Shown here: piece after piece, positions 30,987 to 45,671 of the stretch
Layout: every line of letters starts with the position of its first letter
How positions within the stretch are numbered: position 1 is the stretch's first letter
Assembly (NCBI GenBank): GCA_964016885.1
Contig: OZ024748.1
Location: 42,718,001 to 42,782,000 of the forward strand
Length of the DNA: 64,000 nt
From: Eledone cirrhosa
Taxonomy: Eukaryota
Direction of reading: 5' to 3'
Notes under the pieces: generated by a model
Database searches by the model: none
Seen by the model: the letters and a program-made list of their open reading frames with translations, nothing else
What the model was told of the DNA's origin: nothing
Position numbers and translations under genes: made by a program

Positions 30987-31175
30987 GGCGGTGAATTGTC
31001 AGTATCGGTAGAGGGTCGGACGCCATGCTTTCCAGCATAGTTACGTCCCTTTACGGTCTGAGTTCAAACCCGTTGAGGTTACCTTTGCCTTTCATCCTTA
31101 CGGTGTCGATAAAATAAAGTACCAGTAATACACTGGGATAATTGCTGGCCTTGTGCCAAAAGTAGAAACAATTAT
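30987..31175 (+). mobile_element. OK-like SINE (paralogue)
   Basis: Same sequence and flanks as 10437-10625. Confidence 0.85.
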
Positions 31176-31471
31176 AAGATTTTACTTCTAGACAGAGAAG
31201 GAGGAGAACGAGTGCCATGAGGTGTTTAGTTGATGTAACGTTACTGCTTTGTTTTACCTGACAACATTAGCATATTTCTAGCTATATTGATCAGCAAGGT
31301 CAATATAACAGCTTAAGTTTATATCATTTCAATTATATCATAGAAATGATTACTATATTTCTCCACCATCTGTCCACTGCTTATATCTCTGATATATAGT
31401 TTAGAAAGAAACAAGAAAAATGAATAAATCATTTAAAAATGTGGACATACCTGTCTTAGTATTTGATCTCC

Positions 31472-31533
<62 letters not shown>

Positions 31534-31701
31534 TCTCTCTCTCTCATATGTTTATATATACATATACATTTCCTCATCACCTACTCTCTCTATGTATCTA
31601 TCTATCTCTCTATCTATCTACTTCCTCCTTCCCTACTCTTTCTCTCCTCTCTCTTCTCTCTTTCTTACATTCATCAATAATTGGTAATTCACTACACGTA
31701 G

Positions 31702-31742
<41 letters not shown>

Positions 31743-32255
31743 TGTACAGAATAAGGAAAGGCGCCTACACAGAAGAATTATGGTTATTTTACATGGCATT
31801 TAATATTCTTGTGAGTTTAATATCGGGAAGTTGGCACAAGAATCTTTAATCAGCTACATGTCATATAAAACCATTAAAATCATCTTGTAAACCTATTTAA
31901 AACACAAACCTTATTGTTTATGTTATCTTTTAAAGAAAGTCTTTTACTCCAGCTTGCTCTCACATTAACATTTACCTAGAACACTGAACAACGTCAGGTG
32001 CTGGATATTTCGGACGACAACCAAGAAAGGTAAGATGTAATTTTGCAATTGTAAATATGTTTAATTTAACAAGCACCTGGTGACGGGTAGTTTATTGTTT
32101 TCTAAATATATTTGTTTTCTCTTTTTATAAATTATCTGATAGAAGCCATGTGGTACGTCGTGTGTGTTGGAGTTTGTCGAAGATACACCTTCGAAATATA
32201 AATAGCAATGTCCTAGATAATAATCTTGCTGAAATCATTAAGCATTGTATTTATA

Positions 32256-35200
32256 GATAGATATGTTTCTTTATTAGCCACAGGGGCATAAAAGGGAACA
32301 AATACAAAGAGGGAAGTTTACATACAATAAAAACGTGTAAAATATTATCACAAATGCAAATTAAAAATTAGTCGATTTTCCCCAATAGGGGGAGACATTA
32401 CATATGGGTAACACATACTCCCTAAAAATTCGAAGGGTCCCTGCCCGGGCGCCGATGTCTGTAGAGCTTGTCTCAAACTGGTAGAGCTCGTAGGTAGCAC
32501 TGCCAGGCCAGGGACTTTTGGAAGTTGTCCATCGGTCCCGGGCGGAAGGTCCTACCGAACTGACTGGCCAGTTCGTCTTCCTCTACGCCTAGAGTTTCAC
32601 CGAGCGCGTCGTCGCACTTGCTGCGGATCAACCCTCTATAGAATGACGAAGTGGAGTCTCCACCGATCGCCGGGTCCGCCTGCCAGAGGGCTATGAGCGC
32701 CTGAGCACATTCGATGCGCCAGTCGCCCATTTTCCTCGGTCTTTGCTTGACCCAGGACTGCAGCTCGGTCAGCGAGACGAATCGTAGAGGAATACGTAGA
32801 GATGCCGAAGCCTGAGCGCGTGTTTACACATCGTCAGCCACGGCATCCCCAGCCCTCCGTTGGAAGGGTGTTGGCAGCAGTTGGATCTCTCACCAAAGGA
32901 GCTCGGCTCTTCCAAAGGAATTGGAAGAGCGCGCGCTCCATTTTGGTGAGCGTTTTGGCTGGACAAAGCACGACGGTCAAGCGGTAGTAGATGGCGGACG
33001 CTATAAAAGTGTTCGCCACCTCCGCTCGACCTTTCAAGGATAGTTTGCACTCGGCCCACTTCTGGGTGAGTGCAAACACCTTGGCCGTCACCTCGTTCCA
33101 GTTCTCCACCTGGAGGTCCGGACCAAACCAGATCCCGAGCAGCTTTACTGGTCCTTCCATCCAGCGTCCGACGACGCCATCGAAAGGCATCGGTCTGCCT
33201 CCACGATCCGAGTTGCAAACCGATGGACTTGTCCCGGTTCAGCTTCGCTCCTGTGAACCTTTCGTAATCCTTGAGTAAGGTGCCGACTTCCTCGATTTGC
33301 GAGGCGCTCGACACCATTACTGTCACGTAGTCGGCGAAGGCCGACGCCGCTTTCCGCAGTCCCGGTTCCAGAGGGATGCCCTGCAATAGCTCCAACTTCC
33401 GCAGTAGTGGCTCGAGAGTCAGTACGTACAGAAGGGAGGAGAGAGGGCATCCCTGTCGAATGGATCGCGTGATATGGAGCGGCTCCGAGAGGTAGCCGTT
33501 CACCTTGACCCTCGAGCAGAATGTTTCTGTTGTGCATTGCAGCAATCCAGCCCCTGAACACGGGTCCGAAGCATGCCGCCTCGAGCTCCGCATTCAGGTA
33601 ACGATAGTCAACCCTTTCAAAAGCCTTAGACTGATCCAAGTTGATCAGGGCCCCACCGAAGCCGGGTTTACACCCTACCCTCTCTATGATGTATCGCATG
33701 AGGTGGAGGTTGGCGTGTATGGACCTGGTCGGGATTGCGCATGTCTGCGCTTCTCCCACCAGGTTCCCGACGACAAGCGCCAGCCTCTTTGCCAACACCT
33801 TGGCCAAAATCTGTAACTCTGTGTTTAGCAGAGTTATGGGCGAGAAGTTGCCTATGTCATCCCCCTTATTCTCGTCCTTCCTGACTAACGTGACTACGTC
33901 CTTGGTCACAGAACTGGGAATTCTCCCGTTCTGCTGCCAGTTGCAGTAGACCGCTTCCAGGAGACCGGAGAACGAGTCAGGCATTGCTACGTAAAATTCG
34001 TAGGGTAGACCGTAGAGACCTGGAGATTTGCGTTTGCCACATTGGCTCAGCCCGTCCCCTATCTCAGCGCCTGAAATCGGCTTTTCGCAGAACTACGCCT
34101 CGTTGTCCGATAGTCGTGGTAGGCATTCGAGGTATGGACTGAAATCCATAGCTCCTTCGGGCGCGCCGCCCTGCACGAACAGTTGAGCCAAGTGCCGCTG
34201 AAAGGCCGCACACATCTGCTTCGGCTCACGTATCACGCGTCCGTCTTGGTCCTTCAAAGACCGAATCGTGGACTGTTGCCACTTTTTGCCTCCGCACGCT
34301 AACAGCTTTGGCTCCCTCGTTTCCTAGAGCATGTATTTTGCTTCTGACAACGCAGCCCTCGTGCTTTGCGTCGAGGAACTGGTACAAGGCCGTTCTCGTT
34401 GCTAGCACGCTGGCTACGTTGCCACTTCTAATTGCCACTTCTACTTTATCTACCAGTTCCTTCTCGGTCCTATTTCTATCTAACGCTAATTCTTTACTAA
34501 AAACTAACGAGTCTAATCTAACTGCCCTCTTGAGAGAGTAACACCATCTGTTGTTGACAATGGCCCCTGTCAAGTGCTGTTGAACTAAAGTGCTAATCCG
34601 TCTACTATAGGCTTTGCATGTCGGTAACGACAAGTTCAGCTTCCAGTAGCCGGGTCCCTGTCTATGGGTTCTATCAAGGTTGACCATGCAGGTCACTAGT
34701 TTGTTATCTGAATAGGCAACCATGAACATTTGTGCACAGCTTAACATGTCCCTATCCTTATTTCTAACTAGAACCATATCTATGTACGATCTAGGTGTTC
34801 CGCTAGGATTAGTCCACGTCCACAGTGGCACAGTCGGAAAATCTAATCGATATCTATCGGCCAGCTCAAATCAGCTGATTAACTGTTTGAGGCTGTTACA
34901 CCTCTCTCTATCGGGACATGCGCCCACATAGTCCCAACATTCATCTAGGATTCCATTCCAGTCCCCCACTAAAAGTCTCTAGACGTTTGAAGAAGTCTGG
35001 CCGCGGTGTCCCGGATGGGCCATATGCCGCCACCAGCCTGAAGGCTCCACCTTCACTACCGTCAACGTCTAGGACCACCAGTCGACCCTCCGGGTTCAGA
35101 TGTACCGTCTGTGTTACGAGGCCCAGGTGTTTCCGCAGCAAAATGGCAACCCCGCCCCCACCTCCCAGCTGACAGAGAGATGTGTAGATCTCAAAGTCGT

Positions 35201-36185
35201 CGAAGATGGGAGCCAGCTGTCGCTCGCTGTGGATCATGGACTCGCAAATGGCTACTACATCCATTCTGTGCAACCTGAGGTCATTTAAGAGTTTGCCCTG
35301 TTTCCAGGGCATCCCCAGGCCGCGTACATTTACACATCCAACTCTTATATTGGCCATGTTGGTGCTGGAAAGTTAAAAGAAGTGGAAAAGAAAACACTCA
35401 CCTCTTCGTCTCCTGGGGACCAGGCTGCACGATTTCCATGGGGGTGTTAGTGGGGTTGTCTGGGTGGGTGGTGGTTTCCGGCGGGGTGGAGACGGTGATG
35501 TTTGTTGGGGAGGGGTGTATGATGGTGTGGGGGTGTCTGGGGTGGGGGTGTCTGAGGTGAGGGTGGGGAAACTTTTTAAAAGGACGTGGTTAATGGGTTT
35601 AACACAAGGATTACCCACGTCCTTAGGAAAGTTTTCCTTTAAAGACTTATAGGTGTCTTAGGGACCCTAATCATCTTTAAATTAGGTCTGTCTACAAAGT
35701 TCGAAAAAGTTTTCCCTTCGGTTTTCACCGAAGGGTCGTTGGAGATGACCTCCATTAAAGTTTTGTTTTTACTGTTTATGTATGTGTAATGTTCTTGTGT
35801 TGCGGTGGTTTTTGTCTGTTGTTCTTGTGGGAGCTTTCGTTTTGTTGTAGGTGTTTGTGTTTGGAGTGATGTCGTGGTTTTGTTTTCGGGACGGGGGTTT
35901 TTTATTTGTAATGTTTGTGTTGTTTGTGTTGGTGGTTGTATGTTTGTAGTGATGTTTGTTGCTTTTTTGTTCTTGTGGTGTCTTTTCTTCTTTCTTTTCG
36001 AACGGAGAGGATCTGCCTCATCGTCACTTGGTGATGATGAGGGGGCCTCGTCTGTTGTAGTGTCTGTGTTATTTGGAAGGGGTATGTTTTGGAGTGGGGT
36101 TGGGTGGGACTGTGCTTGGAGGTTGGTTTGTTGTTCTTGTTTTGGTTATGTTTGCGTGTTGTTGTTGATGTTGTTGTTGTTGTTT

Positions 36186-36230
<45 letters not shown>

Positions 36231-36896
36231 TGGGTGTTGGCAGTAGTGCCTCTTTTCTTTTGTAGTTAACTGAGGACAGTAAGCCCTCAGGTGACCACTG
36301 CTTAAACAGTGGTAACATGAAGGCCGCCTACCCTCAACAGAAATGTTTATGTGTGAAATCCCATCCAGAGGCACACGTTGGGGTATTTTAGCTATCCGTT
36401 CTGGCCTCATTTGGACCAGAACTTCCAGGCTTGTACCATTGAATGTGCCTCTGGAGGACTTTCCCACCGAAATGATGGTGTCTTCGTCGAAATCGATGAA
36501 GCCAGTTAAAATCAAGCAGACGTTTACATTTGGTGCAATGTTCGAAATTTTTATCTTCTGTGTCCCTTTTCCCATATATGTGGGGAAAAAGGTGTAAAGG
36601 GGGGACACAATCGGTGACACAGAATATTTTTGTGCCGTCAATTGGTCTTTCAACAACACCGAAATGCTTCTAAAAAGTTTACCATTTTGGATGAAGGCAA
36701 TATCCTTCATGGAATTCTTCAGAACCAGTTCAATGTCGTTTTGGGATAATTGAACTGGTTTTTTCGACACATTTGAAACTGTCCTAAAAATTACTGTTTT
36801 TAGAACAGTTTCTCTACGTAACTGTTGAGAAGTGATGCTGAAAGCACCACTCTCACCAAAAGTTACATACTGTTTTGCATCACTTAACATTTCCCT
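32256..36896 (-). mobile_element. Tx1-like LINE copy D, near full-length with deletions
   Basis: ORF1 36069-36932 with CYHCLSSGHLRAYC; ORF2 ATG 35357 (MANIRVGCVNVRGL); RT motifs; C-terminal deletion near 32430; tail AATAAAGAAACATATCTATCTA. Confidence 0.95.
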
Positions 36897-36981
36897 AGCA
36901 TTAGACATAATACAATAAAGAGAGACAAACACAGATATATACTTTGGTTACAAGGAACTAATGTGAGTTTTTAACTCATCA

Positions 36982-37013
<32 letters not shown>

Positions 37014-37540
37014 ATATATATACCTTTGATATATTATATCCGGCTCCGTAAATTTGTTGAGCTATTTCAAATGTCGAATAAACCTGACTGCTATGTTTTA
37101 GTAGTGTAAGTTTGTGAGACACGCTAAGATACCATGTGCGTTATTATATATAGCACACTATTCAGTTCCTTAATATACTTAGAAGTGTCTAGGATACTAA
37201 TTTGTTACCCACCGATGAGCAAAAATTGGTATTTCTGTTCACAATTAATTAGTATTGCAAAACAGCACCAAGCTGTCTGGGTGATTGGTAGTTACCACAA
37301 TTCCGGTTTGTATTTATTTCCTTGATTTTTTCTTAAATTGAGACAGGCAAACCCTATTGTCTATAGTTAGTATTCTTTTCACCTTAGCGAATCTGGTCCC
37401 TTGCGATTTGAACACATATATGTATATATCTGTGTTCGTTTTTCTTTTATATTCAATTATAATATACGGCTCGGAAAAATCTCTTTCTTAGAGCTATTTT
37501 GTAAGAGACTATTTTGAGTTCCTAACTCAATATATACCTT

Positions 37541-37592
<52 letters not shown>

Positions 37593-37738
37593 ATATAAAA
37601 CGAAAAATCAGTGATGCATCTAGACTCGGTTTATTGTGTGTTACAATTGTTTCGCCGGCAGATAGCTCGAGACACGATCATTGTACTGCTTTCGGAGCAA
37701 ATTTTCTCAGTGAGAAAATTTGCTTCGAAAGCATTGCA

Positions 37739-37828
37739 TGTGTCCGAAGAACCCGCAGTTCTAGAATCAGACAGATCCATACAATGATCGTGTCTCGAGC
37801 TATCTGCCGACGAAACAATTGTAACACA
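37739..37828 (+). ncRNA. Hammerhead-like fold (CCGAAGA core), relative of 28525-28617
   Basis: TGTGT-CCGAAGA-[stem]-GAAA-CAATTG-TA-ACACA. Confidence 0.65.
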
Positions 37829-38164
37829 CAATAAACCGAGTCTAGATGCATCACTGATTTTTCGTTTTATATTACATCACACTCTGCTCTGTAAGAATAT
37901 AGAGTGCTCAACTGGCATACCGCCTATGAAAGCACCATAGCTACCATTAAACACACACACATATATATATATAAGGAAGTGTGGTAAAGAACCAGGTTGA
38001 CCATAACGCACCAGAGTACTCGATACTTTGTGTAGTAGAGTGGGTAATAGGGAAAGAGTCAGGACCCCGACGGCTGAGCTCCGGCCGTTTCACAACTATT
38101 TCTGAACGTTCGGAACTAGCTGTCGAAACGGCCGGTGCTCAGCCGTCAGGGTTCTGACTCTTTT

Positions 38165-38208
<44 letters not shown>

Positions 38209-38319
38209 TAATAATAAATGCGAAGACTAAAATGCAAAGAGGGTTCGACGAGGGTTTCAGATGATCTCGTTATGGGTGAAAGCAGCGATTCTTTGCTTAA
38301 ACTATAATCCGTTATTTTA

Positions 38320-38375
<56 letters not shown>

Positions 38376-38621
38376 CGTTTTTGTGTCTTACCTGACAGCC
38401 TCCCAAGCTCCCCGCTTCACACAGCAGAGAAGGCTCCCAATCTGCAGCTATCTGCCACATATCTCCAACTATACAAGAGATAGTTGTTAACTATGATCCA
38501 AATAAATATCCTGAATATAATAGATAATATCTTCGATTCCATTCCATGATTTATCAGTAAACTATTTCCCAAATAAATGGATTATATCTTCGATGTTGTT
38601 CAATAGTCAAGTGATATATTA

Positions 38622-38788
38622 CCGTATTTCCCGACGTCGAAGACGCTACTTTTTTCCTAAAATAAGTCTCAAAATTCTACCATGAGTCCTGGAGGCCGAA
38701 GGTTGTTTATTATTTTTTTCAAATTTTTGGTTGTCGAAATTAGGGTACTTCCTCGAGGACGAAGCGTCTTCGGCGCCGGGAAATACGG
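38622..38788. mobile_element. Tc1/pogo-type MITE (167 bp)
   Basis: TIRs CCGTATTTCCCGACGTCGAAGACGCT / AGCGTCTTCGGCGCCGGGAAATACGG with TA on both sides. Confidence 0.85.
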
Positions 38789-39087
38789 TACGTAAACTGG
38801 AGAAGAATAAAATTATAGGATATTGTAATTATAATATTAATATAAGGTTTTGTTTTTGTTTTGTTTTTTTCTTTCTTCGTGTCTTTTATGTGAAGATCCC
38901 GGTTTTCCTGAACATGGAATTTCTGATTCCTTTGCTGTTATATAACCTCATTGCCAGTTTTGTACAAGGAGTCGGTATAAAAAGTAAGTACATACTTTTC
39001 TTCTTTTCTTCATTCAAATATTGATTAATAATTTATTTATTTAATCAATTTGGGATGTAGTCTATATCTATTATTTCCCCTTGTACT

Positions 39088-39136
<49 letters not shown>

Positions 39137-39248
39137 AAAAGAGTCAGCCGTTGGGGTCCTGACTCTTTTCCTATTACCCTCTCTACTACCCTAAGTATCG
39201 AGTAGTTTGGTGCGTAATGGTCCACCTGGTATCTTACCACACCTTCTT

Positions 39249-39353
<105 letters not shown>

Positions 39354-39670
39354 GTGAGGTTTTTTTTACAAAATGAAAAGTAACCGGTGTCCTACACGAG
39401 TGAAAGTATAAGGAAAAAAGATGAAATCGAAAATGCAACTGGAGTCTTTTTTTTTTTAAATATATATTTATTTGGTTCCTTTACCGGTTTCGCAGTTCTT
39501 GTGCTTTTCAAAAGTAGAAAAGAACAACTGCGAAACCGGTAAAGGAACCAAATAAATATATATTTTTAAAAAAAAAAGACTCCAGTTGCATTTTCGATTT
39601 CATCTTTTTTCCTTATACTTTCACTCGTGTAGGACACCGGTTACTTTTCATTTTGTAAAAAAAACCTCAC

Positions 39671-39783
<113 letters not shown>

Positions 39784-40377
39784 ATTTCCGTCGGAAAGGT
39801 ACAGGAAAAAAGACTGCTCTATGTAGGCTACAGAGCTTATTAGTTATGTAATAAACAACATAAGATAATTATTTCATTTACCGCTGGTAAATAAAATATT
39901 TATCTTATTTTGTTTATTACATAACTATATATATATTAAATTGTAAAGGGTTCCATTGCGTTTTCTATAAAATTCGGGAGACCTTTGTATGAACTGACTT
40001 CAAAAGAGTACATAAACATTGTTTAGAAATCTCGTCCATAAATTGTATAACATTTTAATTGATATTTTTAATGCAAAGAAAAGGTCGGTTTTATTTCAAA
40101 AAGATATCAATGGAAGTTGTCGCTTCTGTGTGAGATTTACAGGAGCAAGGGCGATATAAAATGAAAAGAAAACAACTGGCTGTAAACATTTCTTACAATT
40201 CCGACAATGTTAACTGGTTACCTCATATTTCAACATTGCTCTCCACAGCTGCTCAGGTCAATGACATATATATATAGTGACATGTTGATGAATTAAGGAA
40301 CCAACAACACCCGATCAATCATACAGTCACAATGTTCAAAGACCACATCGTTAAATTCTAAAACGAGCTCACATATA

Positions 40378-40553
40378 TTATACACAAGTTAACAAGCATA
40401 GACTTCCTGCAATAGGTATTATACACAGGTTAACAAACATATACTTCATGGGAAGGTAGTATACACAACTTAGCAAGTATAGACTCCTTGTGCGAGGTAT
40501 TATACACAAGTTAACAAGAATAGGCTTCCTGTGGCGATAGTATACGCAAGTTA
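40378..40553. repeat. About 41-bp minisatellite, about 4 units
   Basis: Recurrent TATACACAAGTTAACAAGCATAGACTTCCT..GGTA. Confidence 0.75.
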
Positions 40554-40649
40554 AAAAACATATATATATGTATATATGTGTGTGTGTGTGTGTACATATA
40601 TATACATATATAATTATCTATATTTATATGTATGTATAAATATATGTGT

Positions 40650-40740
<91 letters not shown>

Positions 40741-41464
40741 TTCCGGTGCGATTAATATCAGCCTTAAAAAATATGACAGCTAACGAGGCAGAAAAATTGA
40801 AGATGTGTTTGGAGATAGTTTGAAACAACACTAAATAAATATATTAAGAAGAGAAAAGTCAACTTGTTACACCATCGTAGGGGGGAACAGCTGCTCAGGT
40901 CAATGACATATATATAGTGACATGTTGATGAATTAAGGAACCAACAACACCCGATCAATCATACTGTCACAGGGTTCAAAGACCACATCGTTAAATTCTA
41001 AAACGAGCTCATTTGAGAATCTATACTTGGTCGATTGACCTGCTAAAAGAAGCAGTCAGATCTCCCTTAAATATGCACACTACTGTCTTTGTTGTTCTTT
41101 AAAAAAAAGAAAGAAAAGGAGAAAGGAAAAATGCATTAAATAATGTAGTTGTAGGTTAAGTATTTCTGAAAGCAGATGGAGTTGTCATGGCTGGAATGTC
41201 TTTTCTAAGAGGTTTGTACGATCAGGTGTTATCGGGAACTGTCTTCGCAATAAGTTGAGTGCTATATCTTCAAATTAAGATTCCAAGAATATAAAACAAT
41301 GGAATAACGGGGTGGGCGGGGAAATGACAGAACATTGAAATAAAATTAGTTTCAATCTAGGATATCTATCTACAAGGTGAGACATGAATAGTTTTCTGTT
41401 AACAAACGGCAATAAAAAACGAAACCATAACGCGATAAAATTATATTCCAAAAGCAATACATTC

Positions 41465-42050
41465 CAAAAACAATTTCGAGGAACATTTTTGAGAAAACTT
41501 TGAGGAAAATATTTGGGAAATTTTTGAAAAGATTTTGAGGAAAAGTTTGAAAAAAAATCGAGGAAATTTTTCTGGAAATTTGATGGAAATATTTAAAGAA
41601 ATTTTGAAAAGATTTTGAAGAAAGTTTTTTTAAAGGATTTTAAAAAGATCTTTGAAAAAATTTCGGAAAATTTTCCAGAAAATCTTTGGTGAAATTTGAT
41701 GAAAATCTTAGGAAAATTTCAGGGGAAAAATTGAACAAACTTCTGGGGGAAGTGTTTTAAGAAAACCTCGAGGAAAAGTTTTCAAAAGGTTTGGGGGTAA
41801 ATTTTTAGTACATTTTTTGTTAGAATTGTGGGGAATTCTTTAGTGAAATTTGGGGGGAAATGTCTGAGAAAATTTTGAAAGTATTTAAGGACGATTTCTA
41901 AAGATATTTTTAATACATATTTTGGTGAATTTTGAAGAAATTAATTATGAAATTTTAAGGAAATTTGCGGGAAAATGTTTAGAACAAATTTTAGGAATTC
42001 TTTTGAAAAAGGATTTAGGAAAAGTTTTGAAAAAAGCTCGAGGAAAATTA
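41465..42050. repeat. Degenerate ~12-bp A/T-rich minisatellite (TTTGAGGAAAAT-like)
   Basis: Alternating TTT-G and GAAAA blocks. Confidence 0.7.
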
Positions 42051-42961
42051 ATTGAATTCTGAATAAAGTAAAAGAGATATATGTCGCTTGGCTCGTGTCA
42101 AATATTCCTTATAACGTTCTGAATGTATATTTATGCTTATTACATCTAATCTTAAATTGATTTTCTGCCATACCTATGTAATTTATTACATTGTGATTAA
42201 TGTTAAATGTGACAGTGTTTGACTAGATATTTAATTTCTTTAGACACTTATTATTCACTTTGTGACTGACACTAGCATTTTGACCAATTAATGTTCTTGC
42301 GATTCATATTATTTATTACTTTTATGATTAATGGGTAGCAAACAGTGTGTTAAGCAAAGATTTTGGTATTGAAAACCTTATTTCGGGTGGAATTTTGTTG
42401 AAAATGTTATATTACGATCCAAGGAAAAACAATGAAACATGGAGGAATAATTTTGAAATAATGGAAAATATAGTAAACATTTAATCGAGTTTTAGATCTA
42501 ATTGGACCCTCATCAGAAGACATGCATATCCTCCACAATGAAATGTGTATTTCATGGGTATATATAATAATTTGTTCTTAGTATTTTTTCTGAAATGGAC
42601 GTACTAATTTACATATAACTATGGTTCATATTAAGATATATTTTGAGTAACGCACTTCTCAATCTTAATTATCAACACAAGTGCTAATTATATGCAAATT
42701 AGTATGTCTATTTCAGAATAATACTAAGAGCAAATAGGTATATACAGCTTTAAATGACCATTTCTCATTGAGTTGGCCCAACTAGTAATTTAAAGCAGAC
42801 ATCTCCTATCATTAACGAAACCAAGAATCTGAAGAGCTACAGATTCCATAGTCAGGACCCGATGGCTGAGCTCTTGCCGTTTCAACAGCTTGTTTCAGGT
42901 TATGAACTAGCTGTTGAAACGGCAAGAGCTCAGCCATTGGGTCCCGACTCTTTATAATATA

Positions 42962-43170
42962 TTGGCTGAGTGGTTAGAGAATTGGATTCACAATCTTGAG
43001 ATTGTGAGTTCGATTCCTGGACCGGGCGATGCGTTATGTCCTTGAGCAAGACACTTTATTTCACGTTGCTCCTTCTACCTGGAGTTGCGACCGATAGATA
43101 GTATTAGCAACTGGAAAGACCGACGAAAACGTTGTTTCCTCGGTCCGATTTGACGAAAGTCGATCGACTA
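42962..43170 (+). mobile_element. tRNA-derived SINE with RTE-like tail
   Basis: A box TGGCTGAGTGG, B box GAGTTCGATTCC, central GTCCTTGAGCAAGACAC. Confidence 0.85.
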
Positions 43171-43321
43171 AAGATATATATATATATATATATATAGTAA
43201 TAAGAATATTTATATTTATATATGTATGATACAACTATAAGTATGTAGGATAGTACTAAGTACTAGCCGGTTACCGGTATGACAAAAGGCTCAATGCAAT
43301 TTTTCAAGTGTTTTACGGAGC

Positions 43322-43845
43322 CGAGATACAAAATGTTAAAAAGATCAAATTTTAGTTTAGAACATTTATTTGCTGACAATTGTTTCTTCCAGAGTGAAGT
43401 CTGGAATCATCGGAGCATAAGGAATGTCGAAACCATGTTACTAAAATCCTAGTCATTTAGAACATTTAGGGTACATGATTGTTGTTAGTGTTATAGGCAT
43501 CATGTGGAGAGTCAGGGGTTAAAAAGATGTTCTACTTGAAAGAACACAATTACAAGCAGCACTGGTTGAAAGTGTAAGAGGTATTGCTTGTGATTTTTAC
43601 TTATACCTCTTACACTTTCAACCAGTGCTGCTTGTAATTGTGTTCTTTCAAGTAGAACATCTTTTTAACCTCTGACTCTCCACATGATGCCTATGACACT
43701 AACAACAATTATGTACCCTAAATGACTAGGATTTTAGTAACATGTTTCGACATTCCTTATGCTCCGATGATTCCATACTTCCCTCTGGAAGAAACAATTG
43801 TCAGCAAATAAATGTTCTAAACTAAAATTTGATCGTTTTAACACT
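43322..43845. repeat. About 520-bp fold-back palindrome
   Basis: 43325-43584 mirrored by 43603-43845 with a small indel. Confidence 0.92.
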
Positions 43846-43846
43846 T

Positions 43847-43887
<41 letters not shown>

Positions 43888-43940
43888 GAAGTATTTTCGT
43901 CGGAAAGGTACAGGAAAAAAGAGTAAGTTTATTACATAAC

Positions 43941-44009
<69 letters not shown>

Positions 44010-44164
44010 ATAATAATAAATGTGAAGACTAAAATCCAAAGTGGGTTCGATATGGATAAATATATATCAAATATATAAGAACCCTAGAGCAAATATTTAT
44101 TTTCAGAAGATCCCGTTAAGGTGAAAGCAGCGATTCTTTGCTTAAACTTTAATCTGTTATTTTA

Positions 44165-44202
<38 letters not shown>

Positions 44203-44998
44203 CGAAGGAGGTATGGTAAGGAACCAGATGGATCATAACGCACCAGAGTACTCAATACTTAGGGTACTTAGGGTAATAGAGTAGGTAATAGGAAAAAATT
44301 TAACCCCGACGGCAGAGCTCAAGCCGTTTCGACGGCTATTTCTGGATCAGAAATAGCCGTCGGTGTTAAACTTTTTCCTATATATCTGTATATATATAAA
44401 CAATATATATAACAAAACAAGAATGGAATATTTCAGGAATAGAGATCATACAACTGACAGGATGTGACAAAGATAGGTTTTACTCAAAAGCTACGCAATA
44501 TAGGTGACATACATACAAATATTGTTGGCAATAATTATATATAGTACTTGAGTGGAAATACATCACAAAAGGTTAAGTTTCCTCATTGTTAGCTACAAAG
44601 TCAGCTCGTGTACAAAATACATGGTGACAACATACATAAACCAGCCATAAAAATACCTTATGTCACCTGTCTATAGCTTTTGATTTAAAGCTGAGTTTAT
44701 GGTCACCTACTTCAGTTTAGTCTAGTCGAGGTATTCTGTTGTTGTGTTTCTTTCTTTTTAGTCTATGTTTTTGTTGTTGTTGTTTTTGTTTGTTTGTTTG
44801 TTGTTGTTTTCTGAAATGCAAATAAAAAACGATTGAATTACATATCTTTAAAGATTTGAATGTTGGCAATCTCACTTAAAGAGGACGTGGCTGTATCAAT
44901 AAGTAATAAAGCTAATTTGGCAATGAAAGAGGATGATATAAAGATAAGGAGAACGAGATAGAGAGGGTGAGAGAGTGACACAAAAATACACACACACG

Positions 44999-45047
<49 letters not shown>

Positions 45048-45069
45048 GTTGTATATAAATATATATATA

Positions 45070-45107
<38 letters not shown>

Positions 45108-45671
45108 ATAATAATAAATTTGAAGACTAAAATCCAAAGAGGGCTCGATAAGGATAAATATATATCAAATATATAAGAACCGTAGAGCAAATATTTATTA
45201 AAATAACAGATTTATTAAAATAAAATATTTATAAAAAACTTTAATCTGTTATTTTAATATATATATATATTACTTCTGTATTGTATTTATTTACTTTGTT
45301 CTTAACTCCGTAGCGGAGATTCATTCGGTTTCCTAGTTAGAATTTAGTCTACGACTTCTGCTATACCATTTACGTGGTTTTGTCTTTGCGTGCTATTGTT
45401 CTCCACGCTCCACATATGACGTATTATCTTCGTTTCTTTCGTTCATCGCCAGAGAACGTCTCTATGCACCACCTCTATTATACCATAAACGTGGTTCTGT
45501 CTTTGCGCGTAATTGTTTTTCACCGCTCCTATTAATGACGTATTATATTCGTTTTTTTCCCGTTCTTAGCCTGCGAACGTTTCCACGAACCAAAGAATCG
45601 TCTTCCTGTCTTCCTCCGGTTGCAACGTTTTTTTGAAATATCCAGTTCTGCGTTTACAGATTGACTTTGTT

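Larger units (their letters stand above)
27720..31470. repeat. Large inverted duplication (about 27720-29370 vs about 29900-31470)
   Basis: SINE, hammerhead repeat and CCAAT/E2F repeat are mirrored; near-identical ORFs 28388-28660(-) and 30582-30800(+). Confidence 0.9.

Noticed and set aside
42962-43035. tRNA gene
   Set aside because: A/B boxes run into a SINE body and tail; no acceptor stem or terminator
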